Of a stretch of DNA of 5,999 nt, positions 5,806 to 5,999 are shown piece by piece (position 1 is the first letter of the stretch; the number at the start of each line of letters is the position of its first letter). Source of the DNA: a virus. The notes below the pieces were generated by a model that saw nothing but the letters and a program-made list of their open reading frames with translations, was not told the DNA's origin and searched no databases. The stretch covers positions 1 to 5,999 of the IMG/VR virus record IMGVR_UViG_3300029904_000133. One strand, written 5' to 3'. The translations under genes and the position numbers were made by a program.

Positions 5806-5983
5806 CGTTTTCCATCCTTTCTCGCAGATTATCAACTGCGTTCGTAACTCCATCCAGTGCGGACTGGAGTCTTGTTAATGTGTTGTTCATCTGATCGTCT
5901 TTTTTCGTGATGTACCACATGCAGAGCAAGTTGCAGACGATCGGATAGCCAATATTTGAGATTGCCGTGACGATACTATCCAT
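5798..5983 (-). CDS. Small N-terminal single-pass membrane protein, YvrJ-family-like, 61 aa. It is a candidate lysis or holin-like protein.
   Basis: It has the best RBS in the genome (GAAAGGAGGG, 6-nt spacer) and is the first gene after the putative promoter. Residues about 4-25 (IVTAISNIGYPIVCNLLCMWYI) form a hydrophobic helix followed by KKDD and an amphipathic, coiled-coil-like tail. The N-terminal pattern (..I.NIGYPIV....L) resembles the YvrJ small membrane proteins of Bacillota and their phages as I recall them. Confidence 0.7.
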   Translation of the reverse strand: MDSIVTAISNIGYPIVCNLLCMWYITKKDDQMNNTLTRLQSALDGVTNAVDNLRERMENDG

Positions 5984-5999
5984 TCATTTCCCTCCTTTC
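5901..5999. repeat. Terminal direct repeat, copy 2 (identical to 1..99)
   Basis: Exact 99-nt identity with the window start. This fits a fixed k-mer overlap left by an assembler on a circular contig. Confidence 0.95.

Noticed and set aside
1-5999. CRISPR arrays, transposase or IS elements, integrase or attachment sites
   Set aside because: There are no regularly spaced repeats, no integrase- or transposase-like ORF, and no tRNA-flanking att-like duplication. The only long repeat is the circularisation overlap.

Overview
The window is a complete circular ssDNA microvirus (Microviridae) genome of 5900 nt, written as the reverse complement of its coding strand. The first 99 nt (1..99) are identical to the last 99 nt (5901..5999), which is the signature of an assembly overlap on a circular contig. 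All ten supportable genes lie on the minus strand. Three core genes are recognisable from motifs: the HUH rolling-circle replication initiator (VP4-like, 426..1484), the DNA pilot protein (VP2-like, 1633..2268) and the major capsid protein (VP1-like, 2371..4188). A probable internal scaffolding protein (4130..4558) precedes VP1. Upstream of it is a block of six small, translationally coupled genes (4610..5983). This block includes a 38-aa, very basic J/VP8-like ORF that is missing from the supplied ORF track, a possible VP5-like protein, and an N-terminal single-pass membrane protein resembling the YvrJ family that is a candidate lysis or holin-like gene. Points worth a second look: (1) the Rep gene is about 15 GC points more AT-rich than the rest of the genome and is bracketed by GC-rich hairpins and an inverted CCGCCCCC-N-GGTCTAC motif; (2) an iteron-like direct repeat sits in two hairpins just upstream of Rep; (3) a GC-rich structured island with a G-quadruplex-capable run lies in the large intergenic region; (4) nearly every gene has a strong GGAGG-type Shine-Dalgarno site, which argues for a Bacillota-like rather than a Bacteroidota host. 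Several ORF-track start codons were moved downstream on RBS and ATGA-overlap evidence. All homology statements come from recognising motifs by eye and need database confirmation.
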